Made by a program: the position numbers and the translations under genes
Notes under the pieces: generated by a model
The model's database searches: none
Seen by the model: only the letters and a program-made list of their open reading frames with translations
Told to the model about the DNA's origin: nothing
Shown: in pieces, positions 24,183 through 35,460 of the stretch
How positions within the stretch are numbered: position 1 is the first letter of the stretch
How the letters are laid out: every line of letters starts with the position of its first letter
Assembly (NCBI GenBank): GCA_013115145.1
Contig: JAAPAO010000286.1
Coordinates: forward strand, 1-42,841
From: Perkinsus chesapeaki ATCC PRA-425
Lineage: Eukaryota > Protista > Perkinsozoa
Length of the DNA stretch: 42,841 bases
Direction: 5' to 3'

Positions 24183-25393
24183 TCAACACTGGCAGTTGGG
24201 CAGTTCATTAGAGCAATTATTAGCATTCCTGTCGTGCTCGTGGGGCGATATCTTCATACCACCTTGAGCCGTCAACTCTTGCTGATTCCTTCCCTCCGCT
24301 TGAGCTCGACTACGCTGGTTATAAATCTCTGAGAATTAATGACCAAACTCCACATCCCTCTCTAGAGTAGCCAACCCTACCCTGGAGCAGCTTCTCGAAT
24401 ATGTACTTTACATTCACTGAAGACACCGCTGAAGCCTCGGCAAAAAACAAGCCGTTTTCCTTGGCAAATGCCGCTGCCTCTTCAGTGCTCACCTGGCACC
24501 CAATTCAATCCGTCAGAGGTAACACAGGCTCACGGCTCATCATCCGAATAACTTTACGAGCCACGGATTATATACACTCGAGAAAACCTTCCAAATTTTC
24601 GCCCCGCTATGTTTACACTTTGCATCTATTTCCTACACAGTGCTGTAATGGCTTCTATAAAGCAAGACCAGAGCCTTTGAGACACTCCAACACTAATGCG
24701 TGAGATCTGCCACTAGGCGGTATGATCCGCGTTAAACATGAAATGGTAACACTACCATTTTTACCATACACCAAGTCGTCCGTAAAAAAAGTTATTATTT
24801 CTACTCTCAAGATACTACCGCTTGAGTCCCGTTGTAGGATTCCTATTACCTGTCTGGTCGATGGATCCTTGTCGACCAAATCGATCTTATTGCCGACCAA
24901 CAGTATAACAATATCCGGTTCAGCATTCTGCCTTAATTCCTCCTACACACCACTTATATAATCCTATCTAGGCCCGAGATTCCACTACCATCCACTTTGA
25001 GCAATTCACAAATGTGTTCCGTCTGGTCACATCATACACCAGCAGGGCTCCTACGGCTCTTCGGTAGTGTGCGGATGTTATGGCTCTATAACGCTCTTGC
25101 CCTGCGGTATCCCTAACAACCAGGCCTTCCAACATTACCCACCACGTTACTACCATATCTGAGCCTTCACCGTGCCTCCTACTGGCAAGGGAACTGTCCT
25201 AGTGGCGAATTCTACACCGATCGTTGCCGTGGGAGCACGAGGGAGAGTCCCCTTGATGTAACGTGATAGAAGATGAGTTTTGCCGACCGTTGCATCACCC
25301 ACTAGGACAACTGAAATCGACTTCCGAATTTAGCAAGTGTGCTTTAGTCCGAGCTTCAGTACTTTTGTAGAGGTGATCGTAGTCGTCGTCCAT
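24183..25393 (-). CDS. RAB11B: Rab11B small GTPase (alveolate-specific paralog), multi-exon
   Basis: [10 protein letters not shown]|[43 protein letters not shown]|[32 protein letters not shown], and C-terminal CQC prenylation motif. [13 protein letters not shown] and HYRR distinguish Rab11B from Rab11A. Confidence 0.95.
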
Positions 25394-25745
25394 TTAAAAG
25401 GTATTTAGTAACAAGGAACCAGAGGAGATTCACAAACGCTGACAAATTCATACCACTCTTTCGTCAAATCCTACACGAACTTCTCGTCACAGATACCTGC
25501 CTGAATGCACTGAGACCTCAAATACTGCACTCCATAAGTACAGGATTTGATACCGGGGAAATACCGGCTTTGCTAGGGCACATACCTGTTCCGCGCTGGT
25601 GTCGAGAAGTCTTCGTTAAGGAAATGTAAGATTTTCTAAGTGCGCAAGATTGATTTGCTCTTGAAGCCGATAGTCGAGATGTCCTTTTCGGTGCCGGGTG
25701 ACAATATACAAAACGTGTAGCTTACTTTGAACAAACAGTACGCCA

Positions 25746-27384
25746 ATGGTCAAAAGCATTCACGCCATTCTTACAATAAGCCCTGTATTCTGCATTCGAT
25801 CTCTCCAAAGCGTCCTGGTAAGTACCGAGATACCGTTGAATGCAGCGCAGTGTGACAAAGCAGATCGAAATAGAGGAGATAGAGCCTCCTGTTATAACCA
25901 GCGGTGGGTATAGAGACGTCTTGGCAGAGGCTCTGCGAGATAACAGGAGCGCTGCGGACATACACAGTACTCCTCATCGGAGTAACTCATTCGATCATCG
26001 TATCCCCGATCAGATATCATACAAGAATGGTATAAAGTAAGCTCAACGATGGGCACTTCAGAGGCAACAGTCTTAGTGGATCTGAACGCAGAGGATGCCA
26101 TTACTGGTCGAACGCCTTTGCAAGAGGCTGTATTTAGAGGGCAAAGAGACACGGTGAGTAATGATACTTACTAATTACCAAACACTCATTGCTCGTGGTT
26201 ACTGTACTGCTGGTTAATTACGCGTCAGAAATGTCATACTTCACCCGATATCGCACTGAGTAAAAGTGATGCTCGGAGATGGATGTAAAAGATACCCCAA
26301 CTAAAGGCGATTTCGCAAAGAATCACTGCTCAGCGATTCAGATTCGAACACTAGAGGAGCTCAATTTCGAAGTTGAGCGCACCCATAATGCACGAGTGTG
26401 CAAGGGAGACTATCACATCCATACGTTCGTCGCAGGTCCGCCTCCTACTACACTACCCTGATGTCGACGTCGATGCTCCAACCCCACAGGGTGCTACCGC
26501 TGCCTATATGACTATACCTGATCGATGTGACATCCTCCCACTGCTCATGTCCGCTGGATCCAGTCCCGTCGAGGGTTGGAGGTAGCTCCTTAAGAATCTA
26601 TCCGTCCACTTCGACCTCAGACGTGGAAAATCTCCGTTGGAGAGAGCGGTTGAGACTGAGTCTATAGAATGCTTATCCGACCTTTATCGAGTGTCACCGT
26701 TTATCCTTCATCCGAACGAGGCTCCCGATGAGGGTGCGGAAGAACTTCTCAATATGGCATGGGAACCTGAGACGCAGTCATCGGCTAGCCATAAAGGGTG
26801 GGCTCTTGCATCCTTCAGTTAATACTCGTAACTGCAATGCAAGGTACACAGAGTTCAAGGCCCGTGTGATGGAGAAGGCGAGCAAAATCGCAACATTGGA
26901 CAAGCGTGAGGCTTTCTTGTCCCAGATTCACTTTCCCAGACTTCTTCAGGGTTGCCCATCATACGTTATCTCCATGCACTACACTTTGACTCCTTCGCTG
27001 TTGGCTTCACCTGGTGTGTTCTCGAGGCAGTCACCTTCTTCACGGCACTGTTCTTGCCTTTGCTCTGCCTCTATCACCTGGTTGTATGGGGCCCGCTAGA
27101 CTCAAGAAGGCCTTTAGAAGTATCAAGCATGCTTGGCATTGGGGATCCCCTCAAGTAGCAGTCTATGCTATTCAATGGGCTATTCGTCAGTCAGGACCCA
27201 AATGGGCTCCTCTGGTGCTTTGCTGCCCGAAAGTGCTCCGCCAACTGCACGGCTCAAGTGTCGAGGAATCCTCAGTACTACCGAAGAGATAGATGTTGAA
27301 GCTTGTGGAAGATTTGACATTGACTGCTTCTCACGAGTGATTTCCATGAAGAATGCCTGCTGGCTCAGTGTCTTCGTGAGTTAG
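25746..27384 (+). CDS. Ankyrin-repeat protein with C-terminal hydrophobic (TM) segments, multi-exon
   Basis: VDLNAEDAITGRTPLQEAVFRGQRDT|VRLLLHYPDVDVDAPTPQGATAAYM are ANK-like repeats. The hydrophobic segment FTWCVLEAVTFFTALFLPLLCLYHLVVW follows. Start and stop are approximate. Confidence 0.68.
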
Positions 27385-27534
27385 CACTATCTACTCTACT
27401 TGTTCCTCATCACGTCATAGTCATGTCTCCTACCTAAGCGTTCAACTTGCCTTTTCGGGGATGTCAACCCCGCCAACAACACGCGTTACTTTGGCGCCTC
27501 TGTATTTTCTTTAATGCGCTTTCGATAGTCTACC

Positions 27535-29731
27535 ATGTCACATTGCCGTGAGATGAAGGACAATGGCTCTTGCTACCTCTGTCATCAGGTTAAGGTTCCA
27601 AGCATGTACGTCTCAGTCGGTGGTTTGGATGATTTCTTCTCACCAGAGGAGAGTAATCTCATCCCCCCCGACTGCCTGATGCCGAAAGCTCTCTCTTTCA
27701 GCACTTCAAGAGCGTTTGAAAATAATCGACCGGCGCCGTTTGATTCTGAGGATAGTTCATTATACTGAACTTGTGGTGCGCTGGTCAGCCTTGCTCGCGG
27801 TCGTCATATGGGTAAAGCCAATGCCTGCTACAGCTAACCTTGATATTATCCTTCAGATGGCATACGTAACAGATAGGCCAATTCTTGCAGTGACACTCAT
27901 GAGCGTTGGTGGATTACGCGTTGGCACTTCACTTCTCTTCACGGCACAGTAATCCGTCTCGATGAGCAACCCGGCGTTGATATCATTGCTCCTCCTCTGC
28001 CGCAGGGCTAAGGAGTCTCATCTTCTTGCTGTATTCGGGCAAGGTGCTCATAAGGTCATTGAAACTCGGATGAGGGCTCTTATGCGAACTGCCATCGAAG
28101 ATGAACCTGCGGGAGGAGCCACGACAGGGGAAAAGGTGCGCACCCCTCCCGAAACTGGTCCAGTGTCACTCGAGAGTCTTTACTTTTCAGATAATGAGGT
28201 GGCTCTTGAAGTTTTACTGTCGAGGATATTTTTCGCCGAGACGCAGTTCGCTTCTAGTGCCTCTAGCAACTGTTCTGGTCATCTCCATTGCAGCAGTAAG
28301 GTGGTCTATACTCATTATAGTCGGTAACACATCTTCCAGGTGACCTTCACAACCCACGGTCAATGGCTTTACTATGGGATGTTCCCCACAATGTAGGCTT
28401 CTGGTAGCTCGACATATCAACGCATCTGCTAAGATACAACCCTGCAGTGCCTCCAGTAGAAGTATTTGGTCGAGCCGGATCATTGGAAAGATATTTTGCT
28501 GTGTGGATGGAGGCTCTCTTCATAATAGTCACAACAGAGATGCTGTGAGACTATCGTGTTCAACGCAATTGTTTGCCTCTCTCTCACTGTCCGTTACGTA
28601 GCACACGTTCCTGGGGAGTATTAAGCCGGCATTGGATGGTTGCTGTTGGATGGTCGGAGCGAACTGAGACGACTGATTCAGAGTGCATCACAATTAAACT
28701 ACTGTACCCTCAGCTCGGACGTTCCCAGAACACTACGAGATGCAATTATTACACTCTCACGCTTCCGCACCGGTGTGACGTGTATCTCTCACACGCTTGG
28801 TGAATGCTTGTATCAATTCCGTTCGACTTGTGAAAAACGATCATGGGAACCAACAAGCATCGGCATCCGCTCTAGGTTTGGTATATGCGTTTATGCAATC
28901 GTCGCAATAGCAATACTCGAGGGTCGGTTAGATGGACAGAGGTAAGCAGTTACGGGCTGGCAGGGCGACTCCAGTAGTATTATCACTCTCAGGTATCTTA
29001 TGGAATCGTCTCACTACGTCGGATCTAATCCTGGAGAAGGCCAACATTTTCAGAAAAGTATGATAGTCGCAGCTCATCGAGACCGACATTTACCCCTATT
29101 CCCAGCACGCATATCAGACCGCCGCCGATAATAGGGACCACGTGATGGCACCTGCTTAGATCGCTATTCCAATACCTACTGCATTGGTGTGGCAGAGTGG
29201 CAAGGATGTTCTTGTTTAGGATGTGCAAGCGCCGTGAATCAAGTCTCTATTGATCAGTGGAGGCTTCTAAGACAACCCTTAATGTATCTCTACTCGTTTT
29301 ACATAGTAAGCTCTCGTAGACAATGTTTGTCATCCTGAATCGTGTCTCTGACATCGTGAAGGTAACACTCTTCCTGGGTGCCGGAATCGACATACTACTA
29401 CTCCTGAAGCAGCTGCCTGTTGGCCTTAATTACATCGGCAATGTCGCCACCATCTTCGTTTGGTGGTCGCTCCCGCTTGCAATCGGTAAGGGACCAATGC
29501 TTGCTAGAATTCCGCAAGCTTTTTCCAGGTCTCTTGTGGGTCGCGTTCCTAGCAGCTCGATCGAATTCGGTCTCCAAAAGTATGGATCAGCTACAATTTA
29601 CTTTGCCGTGCTTTCGAGCCATTGAATGGCCCACCGCCGTCTTCTCTTTATTGCTGACCATTTGCACGTACGGGCTTGAGCTCTATCTATTCACTCTCAC
29701 CACTGTCAAGGAAGACACCGCTCCCCTCTAG
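27535..29731 (+). CDS. Hypothetical multi-exon protein(s), helical, with a hydrophobic C-terminal part; boundaries uncertain
   Basis: Protein-like exon frames flanked by GT/AG: RAKESHLLAVFGQGAHKVIETRMRALM, DNEVALEVLLSRIFF, RYNPAVPPVEVFGRAGSLERYFAVWMEAL, LLDGRSELRRLIQSASQL. No family recognised. Confidence 0.42.
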
Positions 29732-30982
29732 AATCTAGATTCGTGCTTGTTGCTACATCCGGCAATCCGGATAACCTAATCATCATGCGATTTGCATGGT
29801 TGCTGCCATTGAGTTGAGTTAACAGTTGCTATCCCCTGAAGTTCGTGACATAGCGGAGCTTACTGAAACCGAGTAAGTGCCACTAAGAAGGGACCGATGG
29901 TCATATCTCTGGTCACACGGTGTGACTCACACCCGCCGCAGATCAGTAGTGTGCCATTACAGAAAAGAATTTGCTCTTTGAGGCCCTATCGTACTGCTAA
30001 CGTAATGCCACACAACGTTGGGGTAGTGAAGTGAGTTCATTGAACAATCTTCCGTTGCCTTTGAATTCTTCTTGCTGAATCTCAAAGAGTCTTGCTTAAT
30101 CTTGCTTAAAAAATTAACTCTGGTCAGACGATGAAACATAGTAGATCAAAATTCATACTTCAGGCTGTCTATTACGGTATATCGCCAGCACTCCCCCATA
30201 TTGCACCACAACCCGCAGCCAAATGGCAGGACAGGGACGCCGTCTTGTTGTGGAAGCTACCATAGAGAGAGTTGAACACAGCAAGCAAATGATGAGTCCA
30301 CGGTGGCTGCAACGACTTTCAACTTTAGCAGCTTTCTGCGAATTCGAAACTGTCCTTTCTAACTGTAGCTTCATCCATGTAGTCCTCTCCCCTTTGTACC
30401 TATTGTTATTGTGCTATAAGTACAACAAACCCATGCGAGCCTACTTCCATGTAGTATCCCTCAGTTGTCTCACCACGTATGCCTCCCACACTGCCACTCC
30501 TACCCTTAACGGGCGCGAGTCTGGCAACTTGTTTCACAGCCGGGTGCGATAAGTATCCCCACCTCTCCTCCCTGAACGGAGACTGCGGGTGAGCCTACGG
30601 CCCGTCCAGGGGTTTGAGTTTGGACCCCCCCCCCGAGGCGCCCGGCGCCGACAAATAATGTCACCCGGCGGGTGCTACTCTTGCTCGCGCGCATTGACTC
30701 GGCGACTTCAAGACTGTTAGGGCAACCAGTAGACCCTCTGTCAGTCTTGTATCACCGGCGCTTCACACGTTCTGTATTCGCCAGCTCCGTCGCTGAGAGT
30801 TCCCTTCTCCCAGTGCCCGCACTAAGAGGTTTCATATCTCATATGACGCGAGTCACGTCACCTTGCTCTGATACCTAAGTAACTTAGCGTAAGTTAGACC
30901 TAACCTATGGTATGGCGGCTACAACTATACATGCGGGTTCCAGTACATTTGAAACCAACCCCTAGTAAGGGTGGGTAAGCTC

Positions 30983-31876
30983 GAATCGCGGTGAGGGTCC
31001 CTTACCACGATTCTAAATTTGAGAGTAGTTTAGTAATGTACATCCTCTGAATTAAACTCGATGAAGGAGTATAAAACGGCATATCAAAGGGGAAACAAGT
31101 ACAATACTTTACTATACCCAGCGAATCCCGCTGTCTTTATCGACCACTTTCCTTCACAAACGAATACAGCCCCTCTGTCTAGGACCTAGTGTGAGGTGAT
31201 CGGGACGATTCTCTCAGCTTCCGCCACTCCGCTTGCGAGGCTTCTCCGCTAGCCAGAAGCTTTCATTCAGCGTAGTAACCAACGTTGTCGATGTGACTAG
31301 TATTCTCGAAGACCTCCCAAAGCGGGGATTGCTTAATATTATCCCCGTTGTGCTCCTTGAGCAGCCTTTGCCTTACTGCTCTCGCTTAGTGCCTCGTCCG
31401 GGCTGGTAGGTAGTCTTCCTTCTTGGGCGTGTCAATCTCATTAATACTTCTTCTAGCACTATAAGCACGGCGATGTCACATCGCCAGTGGGAAGGACATC
31501 ACTCACGGGCATATTTCTGAAAGCTCAGTTTCACTGAGCTTCTCTGACATTTTATTGGCTGACTTCAGCTAATAAAATGTCAGCCTGACGAGCGGCTTCC
31601 CGGTCCGCTTTTCCCTGCGCGACAAAAGTGTGGTGCTCAACTCCGCTCCGGAACTACATCCACTCCCCTTAGTAATCCCACTGCGATATTCGCAGTGTCC
31701 TGTGACGACTCTAGGGGCTTGCTGCGTTCTAATACAGTATTATCAGGTGAGTTACTCACCGTGAGTACACCAGTAACGCGAAGGAGTCTCTACGTATTGT
31801 TAGTTTCTATGGTGCTAACAGGAAATGAGTTTAATTCAGAGGATGTAAGTTCCTAAACTACTCTGAAAATTAGAAT
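30983..31876. mobile_element. Non-autonomous inverted-repeat element (MITE or Helentron-associated HINE-like)
   Basis: 50-bp inverted repeats at 31010-31059 and 31827-31876, including a perfect 21-bp core TACATCCTCTGAATTAAACTC. A 31-nt stem-loop at 30983-31013 abuts the left repeat. No coding capacity or TSD seen. Confidence 0.6.
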
Positions 31877-33714
31877 AATGCGCAATTTTGTGCACAAAAT
31901 AGGACAGGGAGATCTTACGGGAGTTAGACCAGCGCTGCGCTGGTTGCGGCAACCAAGTTGTCAGAATGATAAGGTTATAGGAGTATACAGCCGAAATGAA
32001 CCTAAGGTTCAGAACCTTGAAACTTGGAACATTATGCACCTTCCTCCTCTCTCCTTGACCACAGCAAAACTCGCCGTTGTTAAGGACTTTTCGCACTGAA
32101 CGGAGATTGCGCATACTGTACTTCTTTCCACTACAGGACACTTCAATTTTGAGTGCGTGTGTGAGTTTAGAGTCCAACGGCAAAAATGGCTCAGACTATC
32201 CCGCTACCCGCGAAAAGCTCGCTGCGAATAATTAAGAGTATAGGTATCGTGAAAAAAGCACATCTAGGAGGCTAACTACTTCCGTTCAAGTAACCGCTGG
32301 CCGAGAAGTATAGTGAGTGTCTCGCTAATACTGCGGAACGCTCTTGAAATCGACGTCTGAATGCGACAGTCATATAACTAGTTGTTAAACAAACCCATAA
32401 TGGCCTTCATATCAGTGCACCACATAACATGTATGACTTATTCATACAGTGTACTGTACATCTGATTTGACATATCATATCTAGTGCGAATCAGAGCAAC
32501 CACTAAGGGATCGATTCTGTACTCGTGGTGGATGGTGAAGTGATTGGCGACAGGACGGCTATTATAAGGTCCTTATTTACACTGGTTATAACTCAAAGCT
32601 CCTTTCTCGGAAATACTGAAAAGTGATCTTCGCCAGGCTCGAACGAGAGTAAAAAACGAAGATTACCGAGCGAAGTGTAATTCTGGTTACCAGATTATAA
32701 TCAGAAATGACAATCACTGACCCTCCTAGCTAACGAGGTCGACGAAAAGATAAATATTCTCTGCTATCTGGTGCAGCCAGCGCTGAAGCCCCCACTTGGG
32801 CCGCCCCAGACGGTGAAAGATAGAGTGCTTCCTAATGTTTCCTGGCTTCATAAATAAAAGGCATAGACACGAATCTCACCATCTGACAGGAAGAGTTTTC
32901 GGGCAGCCAGGACTCTTCAGCCGCCAAGGTCAGGTGAAAAGATGCTCCACTTACCCATAACTTTAATGAATCCCAGCGTTTCGTAGAGTCGAATGGCATC
33001 CTTGTTGGTCGCCATAACATAGAGAGTCATTGCCAGCACATTACCCACGCTACGAGCCTAAAGAATAAGGCAAGTCGTGATAGTCAGTGTGACTCGTGAA
33101 CCAAATGTAAATTTCAAAGCAACAATTCGTTGTTGACGCACGAACAGGGAATCCTGTAATCTCCCCCATCTTTTCGTATCGTGGTCAGTTTTGTTACAAT
33201 TGTAGGACTCTAGAATCTAGCGCCTAACTGGTTTCACCGAGGAAGGCTTTTCATAACGAAGATATACGTAGAGCACTAAGAAGTGCCTGGCGCTTCAATG
33301 CGCGTACCCTATCGATGCTGTGACGGATGAGATGCGTTCCAATGCCGCGTCGACGAAATCCGCTGGATACCTCAACCTACCAGGAAAGAAGACTAGAATG
33401 CGCTCGATGACTACTTACGCTCGCTATATAGCCGAAGGTACCCTTCTTCTTAGGATCTGACCTGATGGTAGTAGCATCCGTATTGCATAAGGGAACATCC
33501 GGTGTAATGATTACACTGCAATCAGAGTCAACTAGCTACCCATTTCTGATTAGTAAAGGCCCAGAACTTATTATAGTTTCCTAGATCAAGTTAATAACTA
33601 GCTCTGATTACGTTGGAAGAGCCGGCTATAAGTAACGAGTGAATATAACGAGTCCGTACATTTTCGATCTGATAGCTTCTTCCTCTTTCTTGGATAGTGC
33701 CTCAGGTATCCTCA

Positions 33715-33987
33715 TCAGGATGTATCCAACGACCTCCTGAAATTGGAAACTGGGAGTGCGGAATAAAGTCGGGAAGTTGTTCTTGCGAGCTTGGTATCAT
33801 TTGTGTCATCTCTTACATGGGAGTTTAATCCACCGTTGACAGCTACATAGCAGGGGATACCCGTAATCTCCAAACACTCGAGTTCGAAGAGAAAGTTATC
33901 GCAGTAGTCTTGACGATCATAGGTCCGGTAGCTTATATTTGTGCCTGCCGCAAGTACGAAGTACAGAAGACCGAAATAAAGTTTCAT
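33715..33987 (-). CDS. Small ORF with signal-peptide-like start (secreted protein or remnant)
   Basis: MKLYFGLLYFVLAAG followed by a Cys-containing 75-aa segment. Lies within the decayed region. Confidence 0.3.
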   Translation of the reverse strand: MKLYFGLLYFVLAAGTNISYRTYDRQDYCDNFLFELECLEITGIPCYVAVNGGLNSHVRDDTNDTKLARTTSRLYSALPVSNFRRSLDTS

Positions 33988-34858
33988 ATTATATAATAAG
34001 AGCTATCACGCTTGTCAACTGAACAGGATAATCGATGGGTACGAATTATTCTGTGAGATAACATGACAGTTGCTAGTCTTGCGGAACAGCGGGAATGGTG
34101 GCTTAGAGATAATACATGGGGTGTCCACTTGCCTGAACGCTATGTGGAGGACAGCACGAGGGGACGCAAAACACGGTTCGGATGTATCACATAATGCGAT
34201 TCGCATTGTCAAACAATATCATTTTATTCAAGCCACTCTTCCCGTTCATGCCCGCTTGTGTCTTCGTACGCGTAAGACACAATATAGTGAGTCACGCTGC
34301 ATAGTCTATGGAAGCAGAGACTTATTTCTCGCTGCTAGAAAATAAATAGTATACTTTGAAATTATTCATTTCGTTGGATCATTCAGACAACTTTAGTTCT
34401 TGTCTTCTTTGCCTGCTGATAGTTGCTGTTGGTGACGGACATGCGTGCTGTCTCCAACGAGCCATATGCTAATGGTGACTTCAACTATGTCGAAGGCTGA
34501 TGTTATAGCTTATCATGAGCTAGACCTCATAGACTTCATAATGAAGTCGTTACTCCTGCTACTCTAGTACATCAAGTAGGATGACATCCTAAGTATGTAA
34601 CCTCGGAACACAGTTCTCCTGTTTCACTAGGACAATATCGGCTGATAGAGTCGATTTCACGGATGCGCATGATCGAATTCTTCTCAGAGTTATACATGCT
34701 GCGTTGGCCGTCAATGTGACACGGTGGGCGGCTGACCTTGCACGAGGCTGCCAATCTGGCAGTGCCAAAATTACTGAACATGAAATGCGGCACTTGCTCC
34801 ATATGGAGGAGCCTACTCTGCCATAGAGTTGTGATGTCGTGACCTGGTCGTGATCAAC

Positions 34859-35460
34859 ATACTACAGCATTTCCTGGTCATGTTTCCGACATGCGCGCTG
34901 TTATTTCCGAGATACCGGCGGTATCATACCGCAGGCAAATATCCTCGCCGTTTAGATTTAGGAACCTCGGAAATCATTCAAGCGACACAAATTCATTTTC
35001 GTGAGACGAAGTCGTGTTACGGTGGGGACATGTGAATCACAAACGATGTATTTACACTTTATCTGTTTTTTTCTGTCTTATGGTCATTAGCATGTGTAAG
35101 CCGTGGCTCGTGTCGGGTCCCGATGCTCTGTAGTCTAACATGAGTTTGACTGGTGTGCACTGATCGGATATTTCATGCCTGTGTCGGATAATTGATTTCT
35201 GCGCAGAAGATTCTTTTGGATTGGCGCGCACCCGCGGATATTGGAAAGTAGGCTATCGGATATTTGAATGATAGTCGGATATTTGAGATGCACGAATCGT
35301 GCGGATATTAGAATGACTGTATTCGTCGGATATTGCACATGACCGAATCGGATAAATGGGTGCTGGTCGGAAATAATTGTGACGCGCCGGATATTTGCCT
35401 GCGGTATCTCGGAAATAATAGTGCGCATGTCGGAAACACGACCGGGAAATGCTGTAGTAT
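34859..35460. repeat. About 600-bp element bounded by long imperfect inverted repeats, with an internal CGGATATT motif array
   Basis: Arm 34859-34944 (ATACTACAGCATTTCCTGGTCATGTTTCCGACATGCGC..GCAGGCAAATATCC) is the reverse complement of 35389-35460 apart from a few substitutions and a 14-nt insertion. Seven exact CGGATATT copies at 35165-35395. Confidence 0.8.

Noticed and set aside
24263-24276. GGCTCAAG matching the 3' end of the spliced leader
   Set aside because: Only 8 nt, and inside Rab11B coding sequence (LTAQG).
2776-25393. Stop-codon reassignment as an explanation for broken frames
   Set aside because: Well-identified genes terminate at TAG (PFAS), TAA (dCTPP1) and TGA (GGH, HAD, Sec24, Rab11B) at or near the expected positions, so the code is standard.
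30962-30965. Canonical Helitron 3' CTAG end downstream of the stem-loop (minus strand)
   Set aside because: It is followed by G rather than the expected T, and no matching 5' TC terminus was defined. Only the looser HINE-like interpretation is kept.
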